Part shown: in pieces, positions 18,991-27,333 of the stretch
Layout of the letters: every line of letters begins with the position of its first letter
Numbering within the stretch: the stretch's first letter is position 1
From: an uncultured Ignavibacteria bacterium
GTDB lineage: Bacteria; Bacteroidota; Ignavibacteria; Ignavibacteriales; Ignavibacteriaceae
Assembly (NCBI GenBank): GCA_963747755.1
Contig: CAVVGK010000001.1
Location: 21,024 to 85,023, forward strand
Length of the DNA: 64,000 nt
Direction of reading: 5' to 3'
The notes under the pieces: generated by a model
The model's input: only the letters and a program-made list of their open reading frames with translations
Database searches by the model: none
Told to the model about the DNA's origin: nothing
Made by a program: the position numbers and the translations under genes

Positions 18991-19071
18991 ATGGAGTACT
19001 TAGTAACACAAAAATACACACAACCTGAAAACCTTATTACCTTATTAACCAGATTGGGGAAGTAAAAACTG

Positions 19072-19191
19072 GAATGAAAATAAGGTAATAAGATCGGAAT
19101 TCTTTTAGTGGAGACTATTTTAAACGATTTTAAACCATAAGAAATTAATCACAGGCGCATCCATTATTTTCGATTGAATTATAAATAATTG
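19072..19191 (+). pseudogene. Degenerate remnant of the GH92 3' end; a second, shorter remnant lies at 18438-18481
   Basis: GATTTTAAA-CCATAAGAAATTAATCACAGGCGCATCCATTATTTTCGATTGA aligns codon for codon with the GH92 end GATTTTAAAATTAGCCATACAAAATTAATTTCAGGCGCTGTTATTATTTTCTATTGA, including the stop and about 15 nt beyond it. Upstream, GGAATTCTTTTAGTGGAGACTA aligns with GGAATTTTGTTGAACGGAGTAA. Confidence 0.55.
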
Positions 19192-19245
19192 CGGCCGGCA
19201 TCTTTCTAAACTTGACATAAATAATATTAAAGTTGTAGATTCTGT

Positions 19246-19257
19246 GCAAACGTTTGC
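19246..19257. promoter_or_regulatory. LacI-type palindromic operator overlapping the lacI-family gene promoter
   Basis: A perfect 12-bp palindrome GCAAACGTTTGC. TTGACA at 19212-19217 and TAGATT at 19236-19241 form a plausible promoter just upstream. Confidence 0.6.
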
Positions 19258-19276
19258 GCTAATTTGGTAAATTCTG

Positions 19277-20320
19277 ATGGCTATAACCTTAAACGATATT
19301 GCAAATAAAGCCGGTGTATCTGTTTCAACTGTATCCAGGGTACTGAACCACAAAACGAAGAAGTACAGGATCAGTGAAGAAACAGAAACCCTTATCATCA
19401 AAGCAGCCAAGAAATTAAACTATAAACCAAATCAATTAGCCAGGGGATTAAGACTCAAAAAAACTCACACAATCGGACTTATTGTACCGGATATTTCCAA
19501 CCCATTCTTTGCACATGTAACAAGAATAATTCAGACTCATGCTTACCATGCAGGCTACAGCCTTATTGTATGTAATACTGACGAAGATATTAATACCGAA
19601 TTAGAACAGGTTGAACTGCTGAGAAGCAAAGGTGTGGATGGATTTATAGTAATGCCGGTCGGAACCATTTTCTCTCATTTCAAACAATTAATGGATGATT
19701 CTGTTCCGCTTGTACTGCTTGACAGGAGTTTTGATGAACTTGATTCCAGTTCAGTAGTTGTTGATAACTATACCGGTGCTTACAAAGCAACGGAGTACCT
19801 GATATCTATGGGACATACGCGGATAGCCGTTATACAGGGGCTTCCGGACACATATACCAATAATGCACGTCTCAAAGGTTATCTTGACGCGTTGAAGGAC
19901 GGCGGTATAGAAGTTAATACAAACTACATAGTCGGAAAAGATTTCCGTAAAGAAAATGGTTATATAGAAACCAAATTTTTGCTGGGACTTGAAGAACGTC
20001 CCACTGCGATTTTTACCACCAGTGATTTAATTACACTGGGGGCACTGGAAGCGATATCGGAGGAAAAACTTATTATTCCGGACGATCTGTCGCTTGTTTC
20101 ATTTGATGATGTCGATTTTGCTCCATTTCTGCTTGCTCCGCTTACTGCAGTAAGACAACCTAAAGAAATAATGGGAGAAGTTGCTGTTAAACTTCTTATT
20201 GACGGTCTGAGATCCAAAGGAAAGATCGATCACAGAAAGATTGTGCTGAAATCTGAACTTATAGTTCGGGGTTCGGTTAAGAAGATAATAAATACTGCAA
20301 AAATGGCAGTTGCGAATTAG
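19277..20320 (+). CDS. LacI-family transcriptional regulator
   Basis: It has the N-terminal HTH ITLNDIANKAGVSVSTVSRVLN and a periplasmic-binding-protein-like sugar-binding core. Confidence 0.9.
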   Translation: MAITLNDIANKAGVSVSTVSRVLNHKTKKYRISEETETLIIKAAKKLNYKPNQLARGLRLKKTHTIGLIVPDISNPFFAHVTRIIQTHAYHAGYSLIVCNTDEDINTELEQVELLRSKGVDGFIVMPVGTIFSHFKQLMDDSVPLVLLDRSFDELDSSSVVVDNYTGAYKATEYLISMGHTRIAVIQGLPDTYTNNARLKGYLDALKDGGIEVNTNYIVGKDFRKENGYIETKFLLGLEERPTAIFTTSDLITLGALEAISEEKLIIPDDLSLVSFDDVDFAPFLLAPLTAVRQPKEIMGEVAVKLLIDGLRSKGKIDHRKIVLKSELIVRGSVKKIINTAKMAVAN

Positions 20321-20402
20321 CTGATCCATTGAGGAGAGAGTTCTAAGTTTAATTCCTTTATCTGTTAGAAAGTTTATCTTAAGTATAACTTTCATAAAGA
20401 AG

Positions 20403-20416
20403 CGCAAACGTTTGCG
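20403..20416. promoter_or_regulatory. LacI-type palindromic operator upstream of the ABC transporter genes
   Basis: A perfect 14-bp palindrome CGCAAACGTTTGCG with the same core as the site at 19246, 90 nt before the SBP start. Confidence 0.65.
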
Positions 20417-20505
20417 TTACATAATGATTCATATATATTTCTCCGGAAAATGGGAGTCACCAACAGGAACTGCGTCCCGGCCATCATAATCATTCAGAGG
20501 CATAA

Positions 20506-21819
20506 GTGAAAAAATACATCTTACTATCTGTAATCCTTTTATCGTTCATTGCAGTTAATTGCGGCGGGGATAAAAGTGAACCTTCCGGAAACGGAAAAGT
20601 TGAAGTTATATTCTGGCATAGTTTTGTATCATCCACCATCCCTGCATTAAATGAACTTATAGCGAAATTTGAAAAAGAAAATCCCGGTATTACAATTAAA
20701 GCGCAGTATATTCCCACCGGGGATGCGCTTATCCAGAAGTTAATTACTGCCATTCAGAGTAAAACTGCACCTGATATTTCCTGGCTCCACTCAGATTTTA
20801 TGGAGGATCTTGTTAATGCAGATGCAATATATAAAATGGATGATTTCATAAAAGGGGACGATGGAATTTCTGATGAAGATCTGAATGATATTTATCCTTC
20901 TCTCAGACTACAGTCATCCTGGAGAGGGACGCTGTACAGTCTGCCTATGGAGGCTACAAACCTTGCTCTTCTTTATAATAAAGAAATGTTTAAAGCAGCG
21001 GGCCTTGATCCGGAACATCCTCCGAAAAACTGGGAAGAACTGCACGAGTATGCAAAAAAATTAACAATTGATAAAAACAATGACGGTATTTTTGAACAGG
21101 TAGGATTCTTTGTCCCGGTTTTCCCTGCTGCTGGTCCCCAGGGACCCTGGATGGTCTGGCAGTTTATGCCTTTTCTATGGCAGGCCGGAGGTTACCTGAT
21201 TGATTCTGCACAGACGCATGTAATGTACAATGAGGAACCAGGAGTTGAAGCTCTTACACTCTGGAAGCAGATGTACCAGGAGCAGAAATTAAGCTCATTC
21301 ACGACTGATTTTGATGTAGCTTTTATTTCAAGGAGACTTGCAATGGCAATGGACGGTCCCTGGAATCTTCCAAGGTACAAAGATCTTCTTAAAAACATTA
21401 ACTGGGCATTTGCTCCTCTTCCTGCAGGACCTAAGAAACAAGCAACAGTAGTCGGTGGCGAATACCTCGCAATCTTTAAACAGAGCAAGCACCCGAAGGA
21501 GGCGTGGAAGTTTTTAAAGTGGATGATACGTCCTGACGTACAGGCATTCTGGGCAATGAAATCAGGTTATCTGCCCATTCGTCATGCTGTTCATAATGTT
21601 CCGGAATTTCAGAAGTATCTTACTGAGAATCCCAATTTCAAGGTATTTGTTGACCAGATGGATGTCGGACAGGCACAGCGTCCAATCGATTACGGAGCAC
21701 TCGAAGTAACTCAGAATGTCTCCCAGGCAATAGAGCAGTCTACCCTTGGAAAGGCAGACATTAAGAAAGCCCTCGATGAGGCAGCGGTAAAATCGAACAA
21801 AGCAATAAATAAGAAATAG
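20506..21819 (+). CDS. ABC sugar transporter, extracellular solute-binding lipoprotein (family 1)
   Basis: GTG start with RBS AGAGG. It has the lipobox IAVNCGG and the overall family-1 SBP pattern (WHSF...ALNELIAKFEKENPGITI). Confidence 0.85.
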   Translation: MKKYILLSVILLSFIAVNCGGDKSEPSGNGKVEVIFWHSFVSSTIPALNELIAKFEKENPGITIKAQYIPTGDALIQKLITAIQSKTAPDISWLHSDFMEDLVNADAIYKMDDFIKGDDGISDEDLNDIYPSLRLQSSWRGTLYSLPMEATNLALLYNKEMFKAAGLDPEHPPKNWEELHEYAKKLTIDKNNDGIFEQVGFFVPVFPAAGPQGPWMVWQFMPFLWQAGGYLIDSAQTHVMYNEEPGVEALTLWKQMYQEQKLSSFTTDFDVAFISRRLAMAMDGPWNLPRYKDLLKNINWAFAPLPAGPKKQATVVGGEYLAIFKQSKHPKEAWKFLKWMIRPDVQAFWAMKSGYLPIRHAVHNVPEFQKYLTENPNFKVFVDQMDVGQAQRPIDYGALEVTQNVSQAIEQSTLGKADIKKALDEAAVKSNKAINKK

Positions 21820-21823
21820 ATAA

Positions 21824-22792
21824 TTGTTGAATACAGTGCCTTCAGTCCAGGAAGAAAAAGTGCTTGAAGCGGGAAAGTCTTCAAAGAGGCCGCCTGTTGC
21901 CAATAAGAAAAAAAATAAAAAAGGGGACCTGTTTTCGGCACTGCTTTTTCTTTCACCTACGCTTATAATTTTCAGTGCCTTTATCCTGTTCCCGGTAATC
22001 TTTTCTTTCTATCTCAGTTTTCAGAAATGGAATATGTTCGGCGGGCAGACGACTTTTGTAGGACTTGACAATTACATAAGGATGTTCCAGAGTGCAGAAT
22101 TCTGGAATGTATTAAAAAATACTGCTTACTATACTTTCGGTACTATTCCTCTGAACATGGGTTTCTCACTTCTTGTAGCCTATATACTTCATAAAAAAAT
22201 CTTCGGAAAGAAACTGCTCCGTACATTATTCTTCGCTCCTGTTATTATTTCTCCTGTTGCGGCGGCAGTTATCTGGCGCTGGCTTTATGATCCCAATTTC
22301 GGACTTGTGAATTATTTTATCGGACTCTTCGGGTTCGACCCTGTAAACTGGCTTAATGACCCGACAGCGGCAATGTTTGCATTAATTGTGATGGGAGTAT
22401 GGAAAACCTTCGGAATAAATATGGTTTTATTTGCAGCGGGGCTTCAGGCAATACCTGAGAATTATTACGAGGCGGCTGAAATTGACGGAGCCGGTCAATG
22501 GGCAAAGTTTAAGAACATTACCATTCCTCTGTTAGCACCGACAACATTTTTTATTATGGTTATGTCGATGATAAGTTCCTTCCAGGTTTTTGACATAGTA
22601 TACGTTTTAACTTCGGGAGGTCCGCTGGGTGCTACGAAGGTAATGGTATTCTACGTTTATGAGCATGCATTCAAGTACTTCGAGATGGGCTATGCTTCTG
22701 CAGCGGCATACGTATTATTTGCAATATTATTTGTGCTTACACTGCTGCAGGTAAAATACATGAAAAACAAAGTTTACGTTTACGGCGGCTGA
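21824..22792 (+). CDS. ABC sugar transporter permease (MalF/UgpA-like)
   Basis: Multiple TM segments and the EAA loop EAAEIDGAGQWAKFKNITIPLL. The start is uncertain (TTG 21824 or GTG 21836). Confidence 0.85.
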   Translation: MLNTVPSVQEEKVLEAGKSSKRPPVANKKKNKKGDLFSALLFLSPTLIIFSAFILFPVIFSFYLSFQKWNMFGGQTTFVGLDNYIRMFQSAEFWNVLKNTAYYTFGTIPLNMGFSLLVAYILHKKIFGKKLLRTLFFAPVIISPVAAAVIWRWLYDPNFGLVNYFIGLFGFDPVNWLNDPTAAMFALIVMGVWKTFGINMVLFAAGLQAIPENYYEAAEIDGAGQWAKFKNITIPLLAPTTFFIMVMSMISSFQVFDIVYVLTSGGPLGATKVMVFYVYEHAFKYFEMGYASAAAYVLFAILFVLTLLQVKYMKNKVYVYGG

Positions 22793-23622
22793 TGGCAAAA
22801 AAATCTACTATAGTTAAAAACATCTCCGAACACATATTTATATACGTACTCGCTTTCTTTACGGCGGCTCCGTTTATATGGATGATCCTTACCTCAGTAA
22901 AGGATATGGGGGAGATATATGTATACCCGCCGAAATGGTTCCCCACAGTCATACATTTCGATAATTATATAAAAGTATTCGAAGCAGCGCCATTCGGCCG
23001 GTATTACCTGAACAGCATACTTGTGGCGGTACTGGTAACGCTGGGTCAGCTGGTGACATGCTCAATGGCCGCTTATGCTTTTGCCCGTCTCAGATTCTGG
23101 GGCAGGAATGTACTCTTCTTTATTTTCCTCGGCACGATGATGATACCTTATAACGTTACAATGATCCCGAGCTTTATGGTTTTATACTGGCTGGGCTGGG
23201 TCGATTCATACCAGGCTTTGATCGTTCCGGGACTTGCATCCGCCTTCGGCGTTTTCCTGCTCCGGCAATTTTTTATGACTATTCCGAAGGAACTGGAGGA
23301 AGCGGCTGTAATAGACGGCGCAAGCAAATGGACCATTCTGAGGAAGATTATTGTACCGCTTTCAAAACCGGCACTGGCAACACTGGCTATTTTTACGTTC
23401 ATGGGAGTATTTAATGACTTTATCTGGGCCCTGATTGTAATAAATTCAGAAAGTATGAGGACGGTGCAGCTCGGACTGGCTATTTTCAGGGACCGGTATC
23501 TGACTCAGTGGGATCTTCTGATGGCAGGTTCCGTAACCGCTGTTCTGCCCATTTTAATTGTATTCTTTTTTGCACAGAAATATTTCATTAAGGGGATTAC
23601 CCTGAGTGGACTCAAGGAATAA
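22792..23622 (+). CDS. ABC sugar transporter permease (MalG/UgpE-like)
   Basis: It has the EAA loop EEAAVIDGASKWTILRKIIVPL and its start overlaps the previous stop. No ATPase gene follows. Confidence 0.85.
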   Translation: MAKKSTIVKNISEHIFIYVLAFFTAAPFIWMILTSVKDMGEIYVYPPKWFPTVIHFDNYIKVFEAAPFGRYYLNSILVAVLVTLGQLVTCSMAAYAFARLRFWGRNVLFFIFLGTMMIPYNVTMIPSFMVLYWLGWVDSYQALIVPGLASAFGVFLLRQFFMTIPKELEEAAVIDGASKWTILRKIIVPLSKPALATLAIFTFMGVFNDFIWALIVINSESMRTVQLGLAIFRDRYLTQWDLLMAGSVTAVLPILIVFFFAQKYFIKGITLSGLKE

Positions 23623-24955
23623 AACGAAGACCGGATTTATTTTTTTTGCTGCAATGTTTCTTACTGCTGTTAACTGCCTTGCCCAGGATTCTCCTGTTGT
23701 AAGTACAGGCGATCTGCAGTTTTATATAGACCACGCTTCTTTTTCGGGAAAAGAAAACAAAACCTATACTGAATTTTATCTAATGCTTTTTTCAGATCAG
23801 CTGATGACAAATAATAATGATACGGCTACAGTGAAAGAATTACTAATCAAATCCTCAATTACTGATTCTGCCGGAGGACAAATTGTTTCTGATAGACAAT
23901 GGTATACGAACGCTCTCCTTCCCCGGGATTCTATAGATCCGGTAAGTATGGTTGTTTATGACCAATGGGCCGAACTAATAGATCCCGGGATTTATAATAT
24001 CAGGATTAACATCTCTTCCAGCGATCCTGTTAAATCGGGTAATGCAGCCTTAAGCATAACAATTCCGGAATACCCGCACGATTCTTTAACTATAAGCCAG
24101 GTTGAATTTGTATCTGAAGTTCAGAATAAGATTGATAATACACCCTTTATTAAAGCAGGGAAGAAAATAATTCCTGATCCATGGCGCAGATACGGTGCAC
24201 TTAACTCTCGCCTGACATTTTTTTATGAAATATATAACCGTCCTTCAAATGGTTCCCTGCAGGGAGAATATATTATAAGGGCCAACTCCGGGAAAATTAT
24301 TAAAAAACTTACAGGCATAAAATTTAAGGACAATGCAGAGAACATAAGCATTGTGCATGCAATAGATGTTTCAAAACTTGCAACCGGTGTATATAATTTA
24401 GGTATCATATTAAATGATTCTGTCAATAATCAAACAGTTTCTCAATACCAATCATTCGAAATTATTCAGATGGACTCAATCCCTGCAAATTCGGGATTAA
24501 CACAGGAAGATGCTGAGATTGAAGGGATTCTAATCAAATACATCGGCACTCCTAAAGAATATAATTTCTACCAGGATCTCGATCTGAAAGGTAAGGCTCA
24601 ATACATAGTAAATTTCTGGTCAGAAAAGGATCCGACTCCCGGGACACCCGAAAACGAATTTCTGCAGAAAGTTAAGGGAAGATTCCATTATGCATCTCAG
24701 AATTTTAAATGGGGAGTAACTCCCGGGTGGAAAACCGACAGGGCGAGAGTTTTAATTAAATACGGAATGCCCGAGGATATTGAACAGCACTCTACAGAAG
24801 CAGGGACAAAAAACTATGATATCTGGACGTACAATAAAGATAAAACCTTCATCTTTGTCTTCGCCGACTTAAGGTTAAATGGAAATTACATTCTGATCCA
24901 CTCTACCAAAGAAGGAGAGATCTCCGATCCGAACTGGAAAGATTACCTTCAATAA
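23606..24955 (+). CDS. GWxTD-domain secreted protein
   Basis: It has a signal peptide and the C-terminal motif GVTPGWKTDRARVLIKYGMPEDIE...YDIWTY, which matches the GWxTD domain pattern. Confidence 0.6.
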   Translation: MDSRNKTKTGFIFFAAMFLTAVNCLAQDSPVVSTGDLQFYIDHASFSGKENKTYTEFYLMLFSDQLMTNNNDTATVKELLIKSSITDSAGGQIVSDRQWYTNALLPRDSIDPVSMVVYDQWAELIDPGIYNIRINISSSDPVKSGNAALSITIPEYPHDSLTISQVEFVSEVQNKIDNTPFIKAGKKIIPDPWRRYGALNSRLTFFYEIYNRPSNGSLQGEYIIRANSGKIIKKLTGIKFKDNAENISIVHAIDVSKLATGVYNLGIILNDSVNNQTVSQYQSFEIIQMDSIPANSGLTQEDAEIEGILIKYIGTPKEYNFYQDLDLKGKAQYIVNFWSEKDPTPGTPENEFLQKVKGRFHYASQNFKWGVTPGWKTDRARVLIKYGMPEDIEQHSTEAGTKNYDIWTYNKDKTFIFVFADLRLNGNYILIHSTKEGEISDPNWKDYLQ

Positions 24956-24991
24956 TTATTTAAAAGATTAATCTATAAGGAATCAAACCTT

Positions 24992-25945
24992 ATGCAAAAA
25001 TATTTAAGTCAATTTTCTGTCATGCTGCTGGCTGTCATTTCGGCATTGATATTTTTCTCCTGCAGCAAGCAGGATAATTCACTTGCGCCCTATGAAGGGG
25101 CTTCGGAAATGTCGGGCATAACGGTTGAGGATAGTTCGTTTACTCCCAAAATTACCTGGCTGGGTGGTTATGCATCAGTGGTAGGAGTGAATGAAGGGAA
25201 TCATGCCGGCCTGGATTCCAGCCTTGTCTGGCTTGTTTATATGCCTGATAACCAGATTCACTACCCGGTTCAGTTTGGTACAACTCCTAACGGTGCACAA
25301 AACCTGACATCTCAATATAACGGTACTCCTGTTGATTCTTTAATAGAGGACAGCACCTATACCTTCTGGGTGATGAAGGCAGATGATTGGAATCAGATTT
25401 CATCGATGCAGAATAAGATATTAGTTCTCGATTCCTCTCTGACCACCGGTGTCATTATAAGCGGTGATACGATACACTTGTCGCCTTTGGGACACACACA
25501 GAAGACACAACATCTTGATAACTATGTGAACTTCACAGAATTTTTTACTAAAGGACGTTTAGCCGATATCACAGTGGAACAGCCGCGCAGCAGCAATAAT
25601 CCTGTTATTTCCTGGCATATTAAACAAGCCGGCGTTACAGATTCGCTGATCGCTGCTATAGGGATTACCGAAGGAAACCAGTACAATGGAGATAAAATTG
25701 TCTGGGAAGTTTATTCTATCAGCGATAGTGCGGGAAATACATATTATGGTAAAAAAAATGTTATCGCCTCGCCCTTAATCTCGGGTCAGGAATTACCCGG
25801 AACTTATGTCTTTACTGAATATCCGCCGGGAGGACTTAAGAGAAACACAAGTTATTATGTATGGATTGCAAATAAAAACTGGGATGGTGAGAACAGGACC
25901 CTGGCAACTAATTACTATGCATACGCCTACTTCACCACTTATTAG
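24992..25945 (+). CDS. Lipoprotein of unknown function
   Basis: Lipobox LIFFSCSKQ. I recognise no family. Confidence 0.55.
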   Translation: MQKYLSQFSVMLLAVISALIFFSCSKQDNSLAPYEGASEMSGITVEDSSFTPKITWLGGYASVVGVNEGNHAGLDSSLVWLVYMPDNQIHYPVQFGTTPNGAQNLTSQYNGTPVDSLIEDSTYTFWVMKADDWNQISSMQNKILVLDSSLTTGVIISGDTIHLSPLGHTQKTQHLDNYVNFTEFFTKGRLADITVEQPRSSNNPVISWHIKQAGVTDSLIAAIGITEGNQYNGDKIVWEVYSISDSAGNTYYGKKNVIASPLISGQELPGTYVFTEYPPGGLKRNTSYYVWIANKNWDGENRTLATNYYAYAYFTTY

Positions 25946-25966
25946 ATATTTACCGGGAGATAAATA

Positions 25967-27262
25967 ATGAGAGCAATAAAAATTTTAGTGTCCATTCTGG
26001 TTTTATCCTTATTTACAGGGAATACTTATGCAGGAGGGGCCGAATTAAATAATATTCCCGGTGCCAAATCCTTATCTCTTGACGGTCTCTATTTTGCCGG
26101 AAACGATGGTTTGAATTCTATGTTAGGGAACCCTGCAGGATTAATTAAGATATCCAATAAATATCTCGAGCTATCAATCGTTGATATGATAGGACAGCAG
26201 AAGTTTGAAGGCGAGACAAAAGGATTACATAAATCATACGAGGATGATCATTTTGCGTTAGGCGGCGGGTTAGCCTGGTCTTTTTCACCGGATTTTATTG
26301 TAGGCCTGTCATATGGGAGAGCATTCAATTACAACGTAGACTGGCCTTTTCTTGCATTGCAGCAGACTGATTCAACTTCATCCATCTCCGCTTTTGATCT
26401 TTATAACAGGATTAAAATAAATGCTGCTTCACTTTCAGGAGCTTTGGGATTTGAGCGGTTTACTGTAGGCGTTACTGTAAGTGCCTACCAGGTGAAACAG
26501 GAAACTGCATTTCCCCAGGAGAACCCTGCATGGTTCGACAGTGTTAGTACAGGAATGGCCTCCTACCAATTTAATTATAATGAAGATGCCTGGACATATG
26601 GTTTCGGGCTGGGATTCTTGTACGAAGGTACAGCTGATTTACAAATCGGTTTAATGGCAAGGAGCGGGTTTAGTGCTGATTTATCCGGAAATGCAGGTAC
26701 TGATTATTTTGCCGACCTTGATTCTGCAGCCTCTACAGCCGATTTGTCATCGAAGTTTGAAATGCCATGGGTGATTGGGGTAGGGTTAATCTATCAGCTA
26801 AGTGAAAATATAGCAGCGAATGCGGATATCCAATATAGTTTGTGGTCGGGTACGCAGAAAACTATGAAATTTGATTTTAATAATTCCGTATGGCAGAACA
26901 ATGCTCCGGCTATTGATACAGTAAGCGGGATAAGCACTAATGAGTTCATTCTTGATTTTCGTAACACAATAGATGCAGGATTCGGATTGGATTTCCTGCT
27001 CTCCGATATGCATCTGAGAATGGGATATCGTTTCAGCCAGAGTCCGAATACCGGGTCAACCTATTCGTACTTATTTCCCGCTGTTGATCAGCATAGGGTT
27101 TCGCTGGGATTAGGATATGCTGATGAGAATCTTTCAGCCGACCTTTCAGTAGCATACGCTTTTGGCGTCAATAAAAAAATAGAAGGGTCAAGATCAGGTT
27201 TCAACGGGATTTATAATTCCGGGCTGGTCATTCCCGCAATTACTGTTAGATATACACTTTAA
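25967..27262 (+). CDS. Outer-membrane beta-barrel protein, FadL/PorV-like
   Basis: It has a signal peptide, an N-terminal GAKSLSLDGLYFAGNDGLNSMLGNPAGL segment (FadL/PorV-like), and an alternating amphipathic pattern to the C-terminus. Confidence 0.5.
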   Translation: MRAIKILVSILVLSLFTGNTYAGGAELNNIPGAKSLSLDGLYFAGNDGLNSMLGNPAGLIKISNKYLELSIVDMIGQQKFEGETKGLHKSYEDDHFALGGGLAWSFSPDFIVGLSYGRAFNYNVDWPFLALQQTDSTSSISAFDLYNRIKINAASLSGALGFERFTVGVTVSAYQVKQETAFPQENPAWFDSVSTGMASYQFNYNEDAWTYGFGLGFLYEGTADLQIGLMARSGFSADLSGNAGTDYFADLDSAASTADLSSKFEMPWVIGVGLIYQLSENIAANADIQYSLWSGTQKTMKFDFNNSVWQNNAPAIDTVSGISTNEFILDFRNTIDAGFGLDFLLSDMHLRMGYRFSQSPNTGSTYSYLFPAVDQHRVSLGLGYADENLSADLSVAYAFGVNKKIEGSRSGFNGIYNSGLVIPAITVRYTL

Positions 27263-27333
27263 TATTTCATCATGAAATGAATCTATCTGGGACTCGTAAT
27301 ACACTAATTCACAAACACAACCGGGAGGTTAAA

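Noticed and set aside
8288-19008. Classifying the arrays plus the enclosed 9.4 kb as a transposon or integrative element
   Set aside because: No transposase, integrase or recombinase gene lies in or near the segment. Only array B has terminal inverted repeats. I report it only as a recombination-prone architecture.
19120-19410. 96-aa minus-strand ORF overlapping the LacI promoter and start
   Set aside because: It overlaps the well-supported LacI HTH-coding region and the GH92 remnant. The composition is hydrophobic and low-complexity, and there is no RBS.
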